DNA from: an uncultured Clostridia bacterium | GTDB taxonomy: Bacteria > Bacillota > Clostridia > Christensenellales > Aristaeellaceae | Assembly: GCA_934647235.1 (NCBI GenBank) | Contig: CAKUFG010000012.1 | Location: forward strand, 28,452-60,451 | Direction of reading: 5' to 3' | Length of the DNA: 32,000 bases | Part shown: positions 8,661 to 17,538 of the stretch, in pieces | Numbering within the stretch: the stretch's first letter is position 1 | Layout of the letters: every line of letters begins with the position of its first letter | The notes under the pieces: model-generated | Seen by the model: only the letters and a program-made list of their open reading frames with translations | Told to the model about the DNA's origin: nothing | The model's database searches: none | Translations under genes and position numbers: made by a program

Positions 8661-8700
8661 CGTGCGGCTCCTTTGCATGGTAATCAGCTGATTTCACCTA

Positions 8701-8729
8701 TTAGACAGCTTGCCCGGCGCGGCGGTTCA
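8701..8729 (-). promoter_or_regulatory. ECF-type (autoregulatory) promoter TGAACC-N17-GTCTAA
   Basis: The minus strand reads TGAACC (8729-8724), 17 nt, then GTCTAA (8706-8701), about 40 nt upstream of the sigma start codon. This matches the generic ECF GAAC...CGTC/GTCT architecture. Confidence 0.5.
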
Positions 8730-8839
8730 CGAGAATAGGTTTTTTTTAAGCAGATCATAGCATAAAGCAAAAAGGGCGCGCAAGAGACGGCAGAGAAATT
8801 TTTCAGAGGAATTTTTTCCCTGTTTGCATCGCTCCCATA

Positions 8840-8868
8840 TTGACGCAATCGGCTGGATTTGGTAAGAT
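8840..8868 (+). promoter_or_regulatory. Candidate sigma-A promoter for the 5'-nucleotidase gene
   Basis: TTGACG (8840-8845), a 17-nt spacer, then TAAGAT (8863-8868). Confidence 0.5.
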
Positions 8869-8928
8869 AAAAGAACAAAAACGCCGCGCGCATCGAACAA
8901 GCGGCGATAATAAAAAGGAGGAACTCTC

Positions 8929-10572
8929 ATGTCTTTCAAAAAGCTGATCTGTCTCCTGCTTAGCCTGGCGTTGGCGCTGGGCCTTGCCCTGCCCGCGCTG
9001 GCCGAAGGCGGCGCGCTGGAGGGCAAGCTGGTTATTCTGCATACCAACGATGTTCACGGCCGCGCCGTGTCCGCCAATGGCGTATGGGGCTATGCCGCCA
9101 TCACGCAGGTGAAAAAGGACCTGGAGGCTCAGGGCGCGCAGGTGCTGCTGCTGGATGCGGGCGACGCCTCCCAGGGCACGCCACTGGTCAACCTGGACTA
9201 CGGCAAGACTGCCTTTGAATTCATGAACGCCGCGGGCTATGACGCGATGGCGCCCGGCAATCATGAGCTGGACTGGGGCATCGACAACCTGCTGCAGAAC
9301 GCCGAGCTTGCCAACTTCCCCATCCTGGCCGCCAACATCACCGATAAAATCAGCGGCGAGCTCAAATTCAAGGATCATGTGATCTTTGAAAAGGGCGATT
9401 TCAAGGTGGGCGTGTTCGGCCTGGACACCCCCGAGGCCATGACCAAGACCCATCCTGACAAGGTGCGCGGCATCACCTTTGCCGCGGGCGAGGAGCTGTA
9501 TGCCTGCGCGCAGGCGCAGGTTGACGCGCTGAAGGAAGCAGGCTGCAACCTGATCGTGTGCGTCGGCCACCTGGGCGTGGATGACGAGAGCACCGGCAAC
9601 CGCTCCATCGATGTGATTGCCAACACCACCGGCATCGACCTGTTCATCGACGGCCACAGCCACACCGTCATCGACGGCGGCAAGGAAGAGAAAAGCAAGA
9701 CCGAGGGCGTGAAGACCCTTCTGGTTTCCACCGGCGAGTATTTCGGCAATATCGGCTATGTCGTATTCGACGGCGAAAAGCTGACCGCCAAGCTGTGGAA
9801 GTGCGACAGCAATCTCCTGTCCGACATGTACAAGCCCTGCGACGCCGAGGTTGCCGCCGTGGTAAACGGCCGCAATGAAGCGGTGGAAGCGCAGCTGTCC
9901 GCGGCCTTCGCCAAGACTGAAGTGGATCTGGATGGCAACAAGGCCCCCGGCGTGCGCACGCAGGAAACCAACCTGGGCGACTTTGCGGCGGATGCGATCC
10001 TGTGGTCTGCGCAGCAGGCCATGGGCGAGCAGGTCGTGGCCGCCCTCACCAACGGCGGCGGCATCCGCGCCTCCATCAAGGCTGGCGACATCACCATGAA
10101 GGATATGAAGACCATCTTCCCCTTCGGCAACCAGGTAAGCGTGCTGACCGTGACCGGCGCGGAGCTGCTGGAAGCGCTGGAAGCGGCCACCTTCAAAACC
10201 CCCGACGCGGCCGGCGCCTTCCCGCAGGTAGCGGGCATCGTGTTCACCATCGATACCACTGTGCCCTTTGAGCAGGGCGAGCAGTATCCCGATTCCACCT
10301 ACTTTGCGCCCAAGAATCCCGGCGCGCGCGTGACCATCGAAACCGTGGGCGGCCAGGCCTTTGATAAGGACGCGCTGTATACCATCGCCACCAACGATTT
10401 CACCGCTTCGGGCGGCGATACCTACTATGCCTTCAAGTATGCCAATGCGACCGCCGGCTATAAGACGGGCGTGGCGTTGGAGGACGCGCTGGTCAATTAT
10501 GTGCAGCAGGTGCTGGGCGGCGTTGTGGGTCAGCAGTATGCGCAGCCCCAGGGCCGTATCACCATCAAGTAA
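8929..10572 (+). CDS. Secreted bifunctional metallophosphatase / 5'-nucleotidase (UshA family)
   Basis: AAGGAGG SD. Signal peptide ...LALPALAEG. Calcineurin-like motifs are present (ILHTNDVHGR, DAGDASQG, GNHELD, VGHLG, GHSH), followed by a C-terminal 5'-nucleotidase domain. Confidence 0.9.
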   Translation: MSFKKLICLLLSLALALGLALPALAEGGALEGKLVILHTNDVHGRAVSANGVWGYAAITQVKKDLEAQGAQVLLLDAGDASQGTPLVNLDYGKTAFEFMNAAGYDAMAPGNHELDWGIDNLLQNAELANFPILAANITDKISGELKFKDHVIFEKGDFKVGVFGLDTPEAMTKTHPDKVRGITFAAGEELYACAQAQVDALKEAGCNLIVCVGHLGVDDESTGNRSIDVIANTTGIDLFIDGHSHTVIDGGKEEKSKTEGVKTLLVSTGEYFGNIGYVVFDGEKLTAKLWKCDSNLLSDMYKPCDAEVAAVVNGRNEAVEAQLSAAFAKTEVDLDGNKAPGVRTQETNLGDFAADAILWSAQQAMGEQVVAALTNGGGIRASIKAGDITMKDMKTIFPFGNQVSVLTVTGAELLEALEAATFKTPDAAGAFPQVAGIVFTIDTTVPFEQGEQYPDSTYFAPKNPGARVTIETVGGQAFDKDALYTIATNDFTASGGDTYYAFKYANATAGYKTGVALEDALVNYVQQVLGGVVGQQYAQPQGRITIK

Positions 10573-10587
10573 TTTCATCGCAGCAAG

Positions 10588-10615
10588 GGCTGCCGGGCGG
10601 AAATGCCCGGCAGCC
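10588..10615 (+). terminator. GC-rich hairpin after the 5'-nucleotidase gene (no T-run)
   Basis: Perfect 11-bp stem GGCTGCCGGGC / GCCCGGCAGCC with loop GGAAAT. It is followed by AATCAAAAT rather than a U-tract. Confidence 0.45.
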
Positions 10616-10625
10616 AATCAAAATA

Positions 10626-10657
10626 TCACGGTGAAAACAACAAAATTTTCACCGTGA
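10626..10657. promoter_or_regulatory. Perfect 12-bp inverted repeat TCACGGTGAAAA-N8-TTTTCACCGTGA just upstream of the ferredoxin promoter
   Basis: Read directly. It ends 11 bp upstream of the -35 element. It could be an operator/activator site or an AU-rich second terminator hairpin. Confidence 0.4.
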
Positions 10658-10667
10658 AAACTTCATC

Positions 10668-10696
10668 TTGATTTGTATTGTGCGCGATGATATAAT
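10668..10696 (+). promoter_or_regulatory. Sigma-A promoter for the ferredoxin gene
   Basis: TTGATT (10668-10673), a 17-nt spacer, then TATAAT (10691-10696). Confidence 0.6.
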
Positions 10697-10732
10697 ATCT
10701 GCAAGCGGTATGCAGATACCGCTGGAATCTAA

Positions 10733-10921
<189 letters not shown>

Positions 10922-10945
10922 TCTCTTTAACAGGTGAACCAAGGC

Positions 10946-10981
10946 TCAGAAACGCCGTGTGCGGCGGTTTCTGGGCTTTTT
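10946..10981 (+). terminator. Terminator after the ferredoxin gene
   Basis: CAGAAACGCCG-TGTG-CGGCGGTTTCTG (one bulge), followed by GGCTTTTTAT. Confidence 0.65.
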
Positions 10982-10984
10982 ATG

Positions 10985-11013
10985 TTGCCTGTTTCCGGGG
11001 GCTGTGCTATAAT
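10985..11013 (+). promoter_or_regulatory. Sigma-A promoter (extended -10) for the MBL/CPBP/MBL/comEC gene string
   Basis: TTGCCT (10985-10990), a 17-nt spacer, then TGcTATAAT (-10 at 11008-11013). A second TGtATAAT-type element follows about 15 bp downstream. Confidence 0.55.
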
Positions 11014-11055
11014 TTCAATTGTATAATTCAAGCTCTACAAAGGATTTTTTATCGT

Positions 11056-11856
11056 ATGCAGTTTACATTCTGTCCGCTCTTTTCAGGCTCCAGCGGAAAC
11101 GCCGTGTATGTCCGCGCAGGCGATACCCGGCTGCTGATCGACGCGGGCCTGTCCGGCCGCACGGTCAGCGAGGGGCTTGCCAGCATCGGCGTGCTGCCCG
11201 AAACCCTCAGCGGCATCCTGGTTACGCACGAGCACAGCGATCATATCAAGGGCGTGGGCATCCTCAGCCGCAAATACCATGTGCCGATCTACGCAAACGA
11301 CCGCACCTGGCAGGCCATGGAGCACTCCCTGGGCAATATCGCCCCCGGCAGCCGCCGGGTGTTTGAAAGCGGCGAAACCTTTTATATCGGCGATGCGGGC
11401 ATTATGCCCTACCGCATCTCCCACGACGCGGCGGAGCCGGTGGGCTATCGCGTGTATTATGGCGGGCACAGCGCGGCCACGGCCACGGATATCGGCGTGT
11501 TTACCAGGAAAACGCTGGAGGCGCTGTCGGGCGCGGATATCGTGCTGCTGGAAAGCAACCATGACATTGACATGCTGCACGCAAACGAGCATTATTCCGC
11601 GCAGCTCAAGGCGCGCATCTTGGGCCGCTATGGGCACCTGAGCAACGAGGCCTGCGGCGAAGCGCTGCTGCAGCTGTATCAGACGGGCGTGCGCCACGCG
11701 GTGCTGGGCCATCTGAGCCATGAAAACAACACGCCTGAGCTGGCCATGAGCACGGTGTGCGGCGTACTGCGCGCGCACGGGCTGGAGCCATCGCAGGATA
11801 TCCTGGTGGATATGGCCTGGCGCGATCATGTGGGAGGCGTGTATGAAATCGGGTAA
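11056..11856 (+). CDS. MBL-fold metallo-hydrolase, WalJ/YycJ-like
   Basis: Start at MQFTFCPLFSGSSGNAVYV (11056). The HEHSDH motif is present. It is colinear with B. subtilis YycJ as I recall it (SGNA..Y....LLIDAGLSG, VTHEHSDHIKG, SHDAAEP, ESNHD, GHLSN). Confidence 0.85.
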   Translation: MQFTFCPLFSGSSGNAVYVRAGDTRLLIDAGLSGRTVSEGLASIGVLPETLSGILVTHEHSDHIKGVGILSRKYHVPIYANDRTWQAMEHSLGNIAPGSRRVFESGETFYIGDAGIMPYRISHDAAEPVGYRVYYGGHSAATATDIGVFTRKTLEALSGADIVLLESNHDIDMLHANEHYSAQLKARILGRYGHLSNEACGEALLQLYQTGVRHAVLGHLSHENNTPELAMSTVCGVLRAHGLEPSQDILVDMAWRDHVGGVYEIG

Positions 11857-12628
11857 GGGACGTATCGTGCTGTGCTGGATACTGGCCGTGCTGAGCATCC
11901 CTGCGGGGATTGTGCTGACCTCCGCGCTTTATGCGCTGATACCGGGCGAAAACACGGCGCTGCGGCTGTATCTGTTCAATATTCCATCGGAGATTTTCTG
12001 CTTTGCCCTGCCGGCGCTTCTGATCCTGGCTGCCCGGCCTGAGCGGCTGGCGCGCTTTCGCGCCACCAAACGTGGGCTGAGCGTAAATACGATCGGCTAT
12101 ACCGCCCTGCTGGCCGTATCGGCCACCGTGGTTGTAAGCATGATTGCGGCGATATGGGGCGAAGTCCTCAGCAGCTCTTTCCAATATACCGAGCCGGCGC
12201 AGCCGCGCATCGTGCCGCAGAATGCCGCCGAGTGGGCGCTGGCGCTGCTGTCCACGGCCCTTGTACCCGCCCTGGCGGAGGAGATGTGCTTTCGCGGCAT
12301 GCTGCAGGGGCTGCTGACGCGCCGCCTGCCGCGCGCGGGCATATGGATGACCGCCCTGGCCTTTGCGGCCGTTCATTTGCAGTGGAGCGCCCTGCCCGCG
12401 CTGTTTGTGCTGGGGCTGGCGCTGGGCTATGTCAACAAGCGCCATGGCTTCTGGGCGGGCGTGCTGCTGCATGGGCTGTATAACGCGGCGGTGCTGGTGC
12501 TGTCCAGCCGCGAAATCGGCATAACGCTGCCCATTGTGCTGGTATGCACGATAGCCTTTATCTTTGCCTGGCGCGGACTGATGCAGGAGGAGGAACCACA
12601 TAATGAAGCTGACGGTACTGGGCTGTAA
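11843..12628 (+). CDS. CPBP (CAAX/Abi) family intramembrane glutamic endopeptidase
   Basis: GGGAGG SD upstream of the ATG at 11843. The protein is multi-TM. It carries the motifs AEEMCFRG (EExxxR), FAAVH (FxxxH) and HGLYN (HxxxN). It overlaps both flanking genes. Confidence 0.85.
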   Translation: MKSGKGRIVLCWILAVLSIPAGIVLTSALYALIPGENTALRLYLFNIPSEIFCFALPALLILAARPERLARFRATKRGLSVNTIGYTALLAVSATVVVSMIAAIWGEVLSSSFQYTEPAQPRIVPQNAAEWALALLSTALVPALAEEMCFRGMLQGLLTRRLPRAGIWMTALAFAAVHLQWSALPALFVLGLALGYVNKRHGFWAGVLLHGLYNAAVLVLSSREIGITLPIVLVCTIAFIFAWRGLMQEEEPHNEADGTGL

Positions 12629-13295
12629 CGGGCCGTATCCCGCGCCGGGCGGCGCGTGCAGCGGCTATCTTTTGCAGGAGGGGGACACCCGCGTGCTGCT
12701 GGACTGCGGCGCGGGCGTGCTGGCGCAGCTGGAAAAGCACATGCCGCCGCAGGAGCTGACGGCCATCGTGCTGTCGCACCTGCATTACGATCACATGAGC
12801 GATATGCTGCCGCTGATTTACCGCTGCCCCGGCCTGCCGGTCTATCTGCCGGGAGCGCCCGCCGCTGTGCGCGCGCTGCTGGAAAACGCATTTGAACTGC
12901 ATGATATTGCTCAGGGCGGGCAGATCGGCTGCCTGCGCATGACGGCCTGCCCGGGGCGGCACCCTGTGCCTGCCTATGCGGCGCGCTTTGAAAATGGCGA
13001 TGGCCGCGCCCTTGTCTATACGGGCGATACCAATACCTGTCCGGCGCTGGCGGACTTTGCGAAAAATTGCGATCTGCTGCTGGCTGACGGCTGCTTTGCC
13101 CGCGCGCAGTGGAGCGCCGAAAAGCCCCATCTGAGCGCTTTCCTGGCTGCCGAGATGGCGGCGCAGGCGGGCGCGAAGGCGCTGCTGCTGACGCACTTTA
13201 CGCCGGGATACGATGCGGATACGCTGCTGCGCGAGGCACGGCTGGCCTATCCTGCCGCTCAGCTTGCGCAGATGGGCCTGACTGTGGAGGTATAA
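12603..13295 (+). CDS. MBL-fold metallo-hydrolase (230 aa)
   Basis: MKLTVLGCNGPYPAPGGACSGYLL... with SHLHYDH. AGGAGGAGGA SD upstream. It overlaps the CPBP gene by 26 nt. Confidence 0.85.
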   Translation: MKLTVLGCNGPYPAPGGACSGYLLQEGDTRVLLDCGAGVLAQLEKHMPPQELTAIVLSHLHYDHMSDMLPLIYRCPGLPVYLPGAPAAVRALLENAFELHDIAQGGQIGCLRMTACPGRHPVPAYAARFENGDGRALVYTGDTNTCPALADFAKNCDLLLADGCFARAQWSAEKPHLSAFLAAEMAAQAGAKALLLTHFTPGYDADTLLREARLAYPAAQLAQMGLTVEV

Positions 13296-13296
13296 C

Positions 13297-15570
13297 ATGC
13301 AAGATCGCTGCCCGCGCCGTATCCTGGTGCTGCTGGCACTGGGCTTTGGCGCGGGCATTTTGCCGGGGCTGCGGCTGGCGTTCTGCAGCTGGTTCCCGGC
13401 TGCGGCGGCCATCTGCCTGCTGGCGGCGATTGCCCTGCGGCGCTGTCGCCTGCCTGCGCTGATGGCGGGCATGGCCGCGATGTTCTTTGCCGGGCTGTCG
13501 CTGTGCGCCTGGCAGGCGCATCCTTCCCTGCCCGAGGCGGGCAGCTATGCCGTTGCCGGCAGGGTGGATGGCGAAGCGCGCTTCCGCGCCGAGGATAATC
13601 GTGTGACGGTTTATCTGCGCGATGTGCAGCTGAACGGCGAGCGCACCGGGCTGCGCGCGTATTGGACGTATTATCCTGAAGATCCGGAAGCGCCGCTTCC
13701 GCAGGATGGACAGACGGCGGCCTTTACGGCCCGGCTGTATCATCCGCAGGGGCAGGTAAATCCGCATGGGTTTGATTTCCGGCTGTATCTATTGCAGCGC
13801 GGGACGGCTGTTGGCTTATCCGGCGCCAAGGAGCTGACGCTAGAGCCGGCGGGGCAGACGCAGCCGGACAGCTTGATCCTGCGCGTGCGCCGCGCGCTGC
13901 TTGGCCGCCTGCGAGAGCTATTAAACGGCGAGGACGCGCTGGCTGCGGCGCTGCTGCTGAGCGAGCGCGCGGATATGCCCGAGGATATGACGCGCGATTT
14001 CCAGCGCGCGGGCGTGGCGCATGTGCTGGCGGTGTCGGGGCTGCATGTGATGATCCTGTCCTCCATGATGATGCTGCTGCTTCGCCGCCTGTCGCCCTCG
14101 CCCCTGGCGATGCTGCTTTTAACGCTGGCGCTGCTGCTGCCCTACTGTCTGCTGGTGGGTATGACGGCCTCCATCCTGCGCGCGTCCGTGCTGCTGACGG
14201 TATTGCTGCTGGGGCGCATGGCGCGAAGAAAGGTGGACCCGCTGACTGCGCTGGCGGCGGCGTTTATTGTGGTGCTGGCCGTGCGGCCGCTGGAGCTCTT
14301 TGCGCCGGGGTTTCAGATGTCCTTTGCCGCCGTGGCGGGGATGATTCTGCTGGGCGACCGTGTGCGGCAGTGGACGCGGCGCATTCGAAGCGAGCGCCTG
14401 CGCGCTGCGGCGCAGGCCTATGGCATGACGCTGTGCGCCAGCCTGGGCGTGACGCTGCCGGTAATCTACCATTATCACCGGGTATCGCTGATGGGGCTTC
14501 TGATCAATCCTCTGCTCAGCCCGCTGATTTCGCTGCTGCTGCCCGCCTACATTGTGCTGCTGCTTGTGGGCGCGGTCTGCCCGCCGCTGGGCGCGATATT
14601 GGGGCGGGCGTTGGCCTGGGTATCTGCGCGGCTGACGGACTGCATCCACCTGGCCGCGCAGCCTGCCTGGGCTTCGGTTCGCGTGCCCAGCCCGCCGTGG
14701 TATCTGGCGGTGGCCATTGTGCTGGCGTTGATCCTGCTTACGCGCTTTGTGCTGCTGCGGCCCTGGCGGCGCGTGCTCATCGGCACGCTGGCGCTGGCTG
14801 CGGCGGTGGGGACGATGCTGCTGACACAGAACCGCCTGCCGCGCTATATTCAGCTTTCGCTGGGCAACGCAGACGCGGCGATCATCGAGGATGGCGCGCG
14901 CACGGTGGTGATCGATACGGGCGAGAATGGCCGCGAACTGGCCGCCTATCTGCTGGCTGAAGGGCGAGAGATTGACACGCTGATTCTGTCGCATCTGCAC
15001 ACCGATCATGCGCAGGGGCTGCGCGAGCTGCTGGACTATGAGGTGCCCATCGGCGAAATCTGCCTGTCCACCGAGGCGCAGGCGACGCAGGTGTCGGACG
15101 CTTGCCTGTCCGTGCTGAACGCGGCGCGGGAGCGTGGCGTTCCTGTGCGGCTGATCTGCGCGGGGGATGAGCTGCAGACCGGGCGCGTCGGTATCCGCGT
15201 GCTGTGGCCCGAGGAGGACAGCGCCAATGACCGGGGCGGGGCCAACGACTATGCGCTGGCGCTGCTGATTGATCTGGACGGCGCGCACATCCTGCATATG
15301 AGCGATGTGAGCGGCGCGTATGAGCTGTACGCCGTCCAGGAGGCGGACGCGCTTAAGATCGCTCATCATGGTTCGTCCTCCAGCACGGGCGAGGCCTTTT
15401 TAGACCGCGTAAAACCGGCAATCGGCCTGCTCAGCGCGCGGCAGGCCAGCGCAAAAACGCTGGAGCGGCTTGCGCAGGCGGGCGTTATGGTATATGATAC
15501 AGAGGAGCTGGGCGCGCTGATGCTGACCGTAAGAAACGGCGAAATGCGCGTGCAGGGCTATCTGCAATGA
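13297..15570 (+). CDS. comEC: DNA internalization-related competence protein ComEC/Rec2
   Basis: 757 aa. The polytopic competence domain (RAGVAHVLAVSGLHV) is followed by a C-terminal MBL domain (LILSHLHTDHAQG ... AHHGS). GGAGG SD upstream. Confidence 0.9.
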   Translation: MQDRCPRRILVLLALGFGAGILPGLRLAFCSWFPAAAAICLLAAIALRRCRLPALMAGMAAMFFAGLSLCAWQAHPSLPEAGSYAVAGRVDGEARFRAEDNRVTVYLRDVQLNGERTGLRAYWTYYPEDPEAPLPQDGQTAAFTARLYHPQGQVNPHGFDFRLYLLQRGTAVGLSGAKELTLEPAGQTQPDSLILRVRRALLGRLRELLNGEDALAAALLLSERADMPEDMTRDFQRAGVAHVLAVSGLHVMILSSMMMLLLRRLSPSPLAMLLLTLALLLPYCLLVGMTASILRASVLLTVLLLGRMARRKVDPLTALAAAFIVVLAVRPLELFAPGFQMSFAAVAGMILLGDRVRQWTRRIRSERLRAAAQAYGMTLCASLGVTLPVIYHYHRVSLMGLLINPLLSPLISLLLPAYIVLLLVGAVCPPLGAILGRALAWVSARLTDCIHLAAQPAWASVRVPSPPWYLAVAIVLALILLTRFVLLRPWRRVLIGTLALAAAVGTMLLTQNRLPRYIQLSLGNADAAIIEDGARTVVIDTGENGRELAAYLLAEGREIDTLILSHLHTDHAQGLRELLDYEVPIGEICLSTEAQATQVSDACLSVLNAARERGVPVRLICAGDELQTGRVGIRVLWPEEDSANDRGGANDYALALLIDLDGAHILHMSDVSGAYELYAVQEADALKIAHHGSSSSTGEAFLDRVKPAIGLLSARQASAKTLERLAQAGVMVYDTEELGALMLTVRNGEMRVQGYLQ

Positions 15571-15579
15571 GGGGTAAGC

Positions 15580-16611
15580 ATGGATCACCGCGCGTTTTTT
15601 GACGATGTTGCCAAGGGCAAAATTGCCTCGTGCTATGTGTTTGAGGGCACGGAGGAGTATATCAAGCGCTCGGCGCTGGCCGCCCTGCGCAAAAAGCTGC
15701 TGCCTGCAGGGCTGGAGGATATGAATGAGGCGCGCCTGACCGATCCTGACGCGAACGCGCTGATCGCCGCCGCAGAAACCCTGCCCTTTATGGCCGAGAA
15801 GCGGCTGGTGCTGGTGCTGGAAAGCGGCATGCTGTCCGGTCGCACCAAGGATTACGACGAGGCCAAAAGCGCTGCCGCGCTGTGCGAATATCTGCAGCAT
15901 CCGCCCGAGAGCGCATGCATCGTGTTCTATGTGCGGGACAAGGCGGACGGCCGCAAGAAGCTGTACGCGCAGCTGAAAAAAACGGCGCAGATCGTGCAGT
16001 TTAATCCCTTGGATGAGCGCGAAATGACGCGCTGGATTGCCAAGCAGCTCAAGGGCATGGGCAAGAAGATTGCCTCGCCTACCTGCCAGAAGCTGATCTT
16101 TACCGCCGGGAACGACCTGTATGCCCTCAGCGGCGAGCTGGAAAAGCTGGCGGCCTGTGCGGGCGAACGGGAGGAAATCCTGCCCGAGGATATCGACGCG
16201 ATCTGCGTGAAGACCACGGCCTATCGCGTGTACGACCTGGCCAACACCCTGCTGCGCGGGGACGCGGGGCAGGCCTTCACCCTGTCGCGCGCGCTGATAC
16301 GCGACGGCGAGGAGCCGCTGTTTCTGCTGGCGCTTCTGCAGGGCGAGTGCCGCCGCATGCTGGCGGTAAAGCTGCTGCGCGGGGCGGGCATGCAGCCCGA
16401 CGCCATTGCGGGCAAAATCGGCGCGCCGCCCTTTGCCGTGCGGCAGATGTATCAGCAGGTAGCGCGGTACACCGAGCGGCAGCTGCGCGATATGGCGCAG
16501 TGCTGCATGGATACAGAATATCAGGTAAAAAGCGGACGGATGGCGCTGGAGGGCGCGCTGGAAAAGACCATGCTGCAATTGCTGCGCATCCGCCTGGAGG
16601 GAAAAGCATGA
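15580..16611 (+). CDS. holA: DNA polymerase III delta subunit
   Basis: 343 aa. It has the typical HolA N-terminus (...CYVFEGTEEYIK) and sits in the conserved comEC-holA position. Confidence 0.85.
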   Translation: MDHRAFFDDVAKGKIASCYVFEGTEEYIKRSALAALRKKLLPAGLEDMNEARLTDPDANALIAAAETLPFMAEKRLVLVLESGMLSGRTKDYDEAKSAAALCEYLQHPPESACIVFYVRDKADGRKKLYAQLKKTAQIVQFNPLDEREMTRWIAKQLKGMGKKIASPTCQKLIFTAGNDLYALSGELEKLAACAGEREEILPEDIDAICVKTTAYRVYDLANTLLRGDAGQAFTLSRALIRDGEEPLFLLALLQGECRRMLAVKLLRGAGMQPDAIAGKIGAPPFAVRQMYQQVARYTERQLRDMAQCCMDTEYQVKSGRMALEGALEKTMLQLLRIRLEGKA

Positions 16612-17330
16612 TTGAAGATTTGCGCGCGCTGCTGGCGCAGGAAAATATTGTTTTAACGGACGAAGCGCAGGATCAGCTGCTGGCGTATCACCGCCTGCTG
16701 CTGGAATGGAATGCGCGCATGGATTTGACCAACGTGCCCGAGGAGGAAATGGCGCTGCGGCACTACGCCGATTCGCTGCTGCCGCTGGCCCGGAAGGAAT
16801 GGTTTCCGGACGGCGCAAGGCTGATTGACGTGGGCACGGGCGCGGGCTTTCCCGGCATGCCGCTGGCCATCGCGCGGCCTGATCTGAAGGTAACGCTGCT
16901 GGATTCCCAGCGCAAGCGCTGCGATTTTTTAAGCGCTGTGTGCGATGAGATGCAGCTGCCCAACGTGACCGTGCTGCACGCCCGCGCGGAGGACGGCGCG
17001 CGCGGCGCGCTGCGCGAGCAGATGGACGTGGCCGCAGCGCGGGCCGTGGCGCCGCTGAACGTGCTGGCCGAATACCTGCTGCCCTATGTGCGCGTGGGCG
17101 GACGCATGCTGTGCTGGAAGGGCCCCGCCGTGCGCGAGGAGATGGCTGCGGGCGAGCGCGCCTGCAAAATACTGGGCGGTCAGGCGGAGGGCTTGTACCG
17201 TCTGCCCATCGAAGGCCGCGAGCACTATGTGCACAGCGCAATCAAAATTTCAGCAACCGCTCGACGGTATCCGCGAAAATCCGGCACGCCCTCCAAGGAT
17301 CCGTTGGGAATTTTGCCGCAAAAGCCCTGA
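16608..17330 (+). CDS. rsmG: 16S rRNA (guanine527-N7)-methyltransferase RsmG (GidB)
   Basis: Start at MIEDLRALLAQ (16608), with an ATGA overlap on the holA stop. SAM motif IDVGTGAGFPGMPLAI. The upstream part of track ORF 16347.. is out-of-frame overlap with holA. Confidence 0.9.
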   Translation: MIEDLRALLAQENIVLTDEAQDQLLAYHRLLLEWNARMDLTNVPEEEMALRHYADSLLPLARKEWFPDGARLIDVGTGAGFPGMPLAIARPDLKVTLLDSQRKRCDFLSAVCDEMQLPNVTVLHARAEDGARGALREQMDVAAARAVAPLNVLAEYLLPYVRVGGRMLCWKGPAVREEMAAGERACKILGGQAEGLYRLPIEGREHYVHSAIKISATARRYPRKSGTPSKDPLGILPQKP

Positions 17331-17359
17331 TTTCATCAAAAGCTGTCAAACGATTCTAT

Positions 17360-17397
17360 GGCTTCCTGCCTGAAAAAAAGCAGGAGGCCGCTTTTTT
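17360..17397 (+). terminator. Terminator after rsmG
   Basis: 10-bp stem GGCTTCCTGC / GCAGGAGGCC (one G-U pair), followed by GCTTTTTT. Confidence 0.6.
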
Positions 17398-17538
17398 ATG
17401 GCGAAATCAACAGGCAGGATGCGCGGACAAGCCGGACGGGCGCAGAGGGAGGCGATCCGCCCGGCCCCGCGTGTCCCCTGCCGTACAGGGGATAGTGAGA
17501 GAAACGAGCATACAAAATGCAATACGCGGAGGCAATCT

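Noticed and set aside
8661-8928. Possible oriC at the divergent strand-switch between the ECF sigma gene and the 5'-nucleotidase gene
   Set aside because: I found no cluster of DnaA boxes (TTATCCACA / TGTGGATAA) there, and no dnaA or dnaN nearby. Isolated 8/9 matches (for example TTATCCACC at about 21103 and about 18958) lie inside coding sequence. Two ordinary divergent promoters explain the region.
17398-17538. N-terminal 47-aa extension of the ParB/Noc-like ORF (track start 17398)
   Set aside because: The extension (MAKSTGRMRGQAGRAQREAIRPAPRVPCRTGDSERNEH...) is Arg-rich low complexity. It starts inside the T-tract of the rsmG terminator and has no SD. The ATG at 17539 has GGAGG at ideal spacing.
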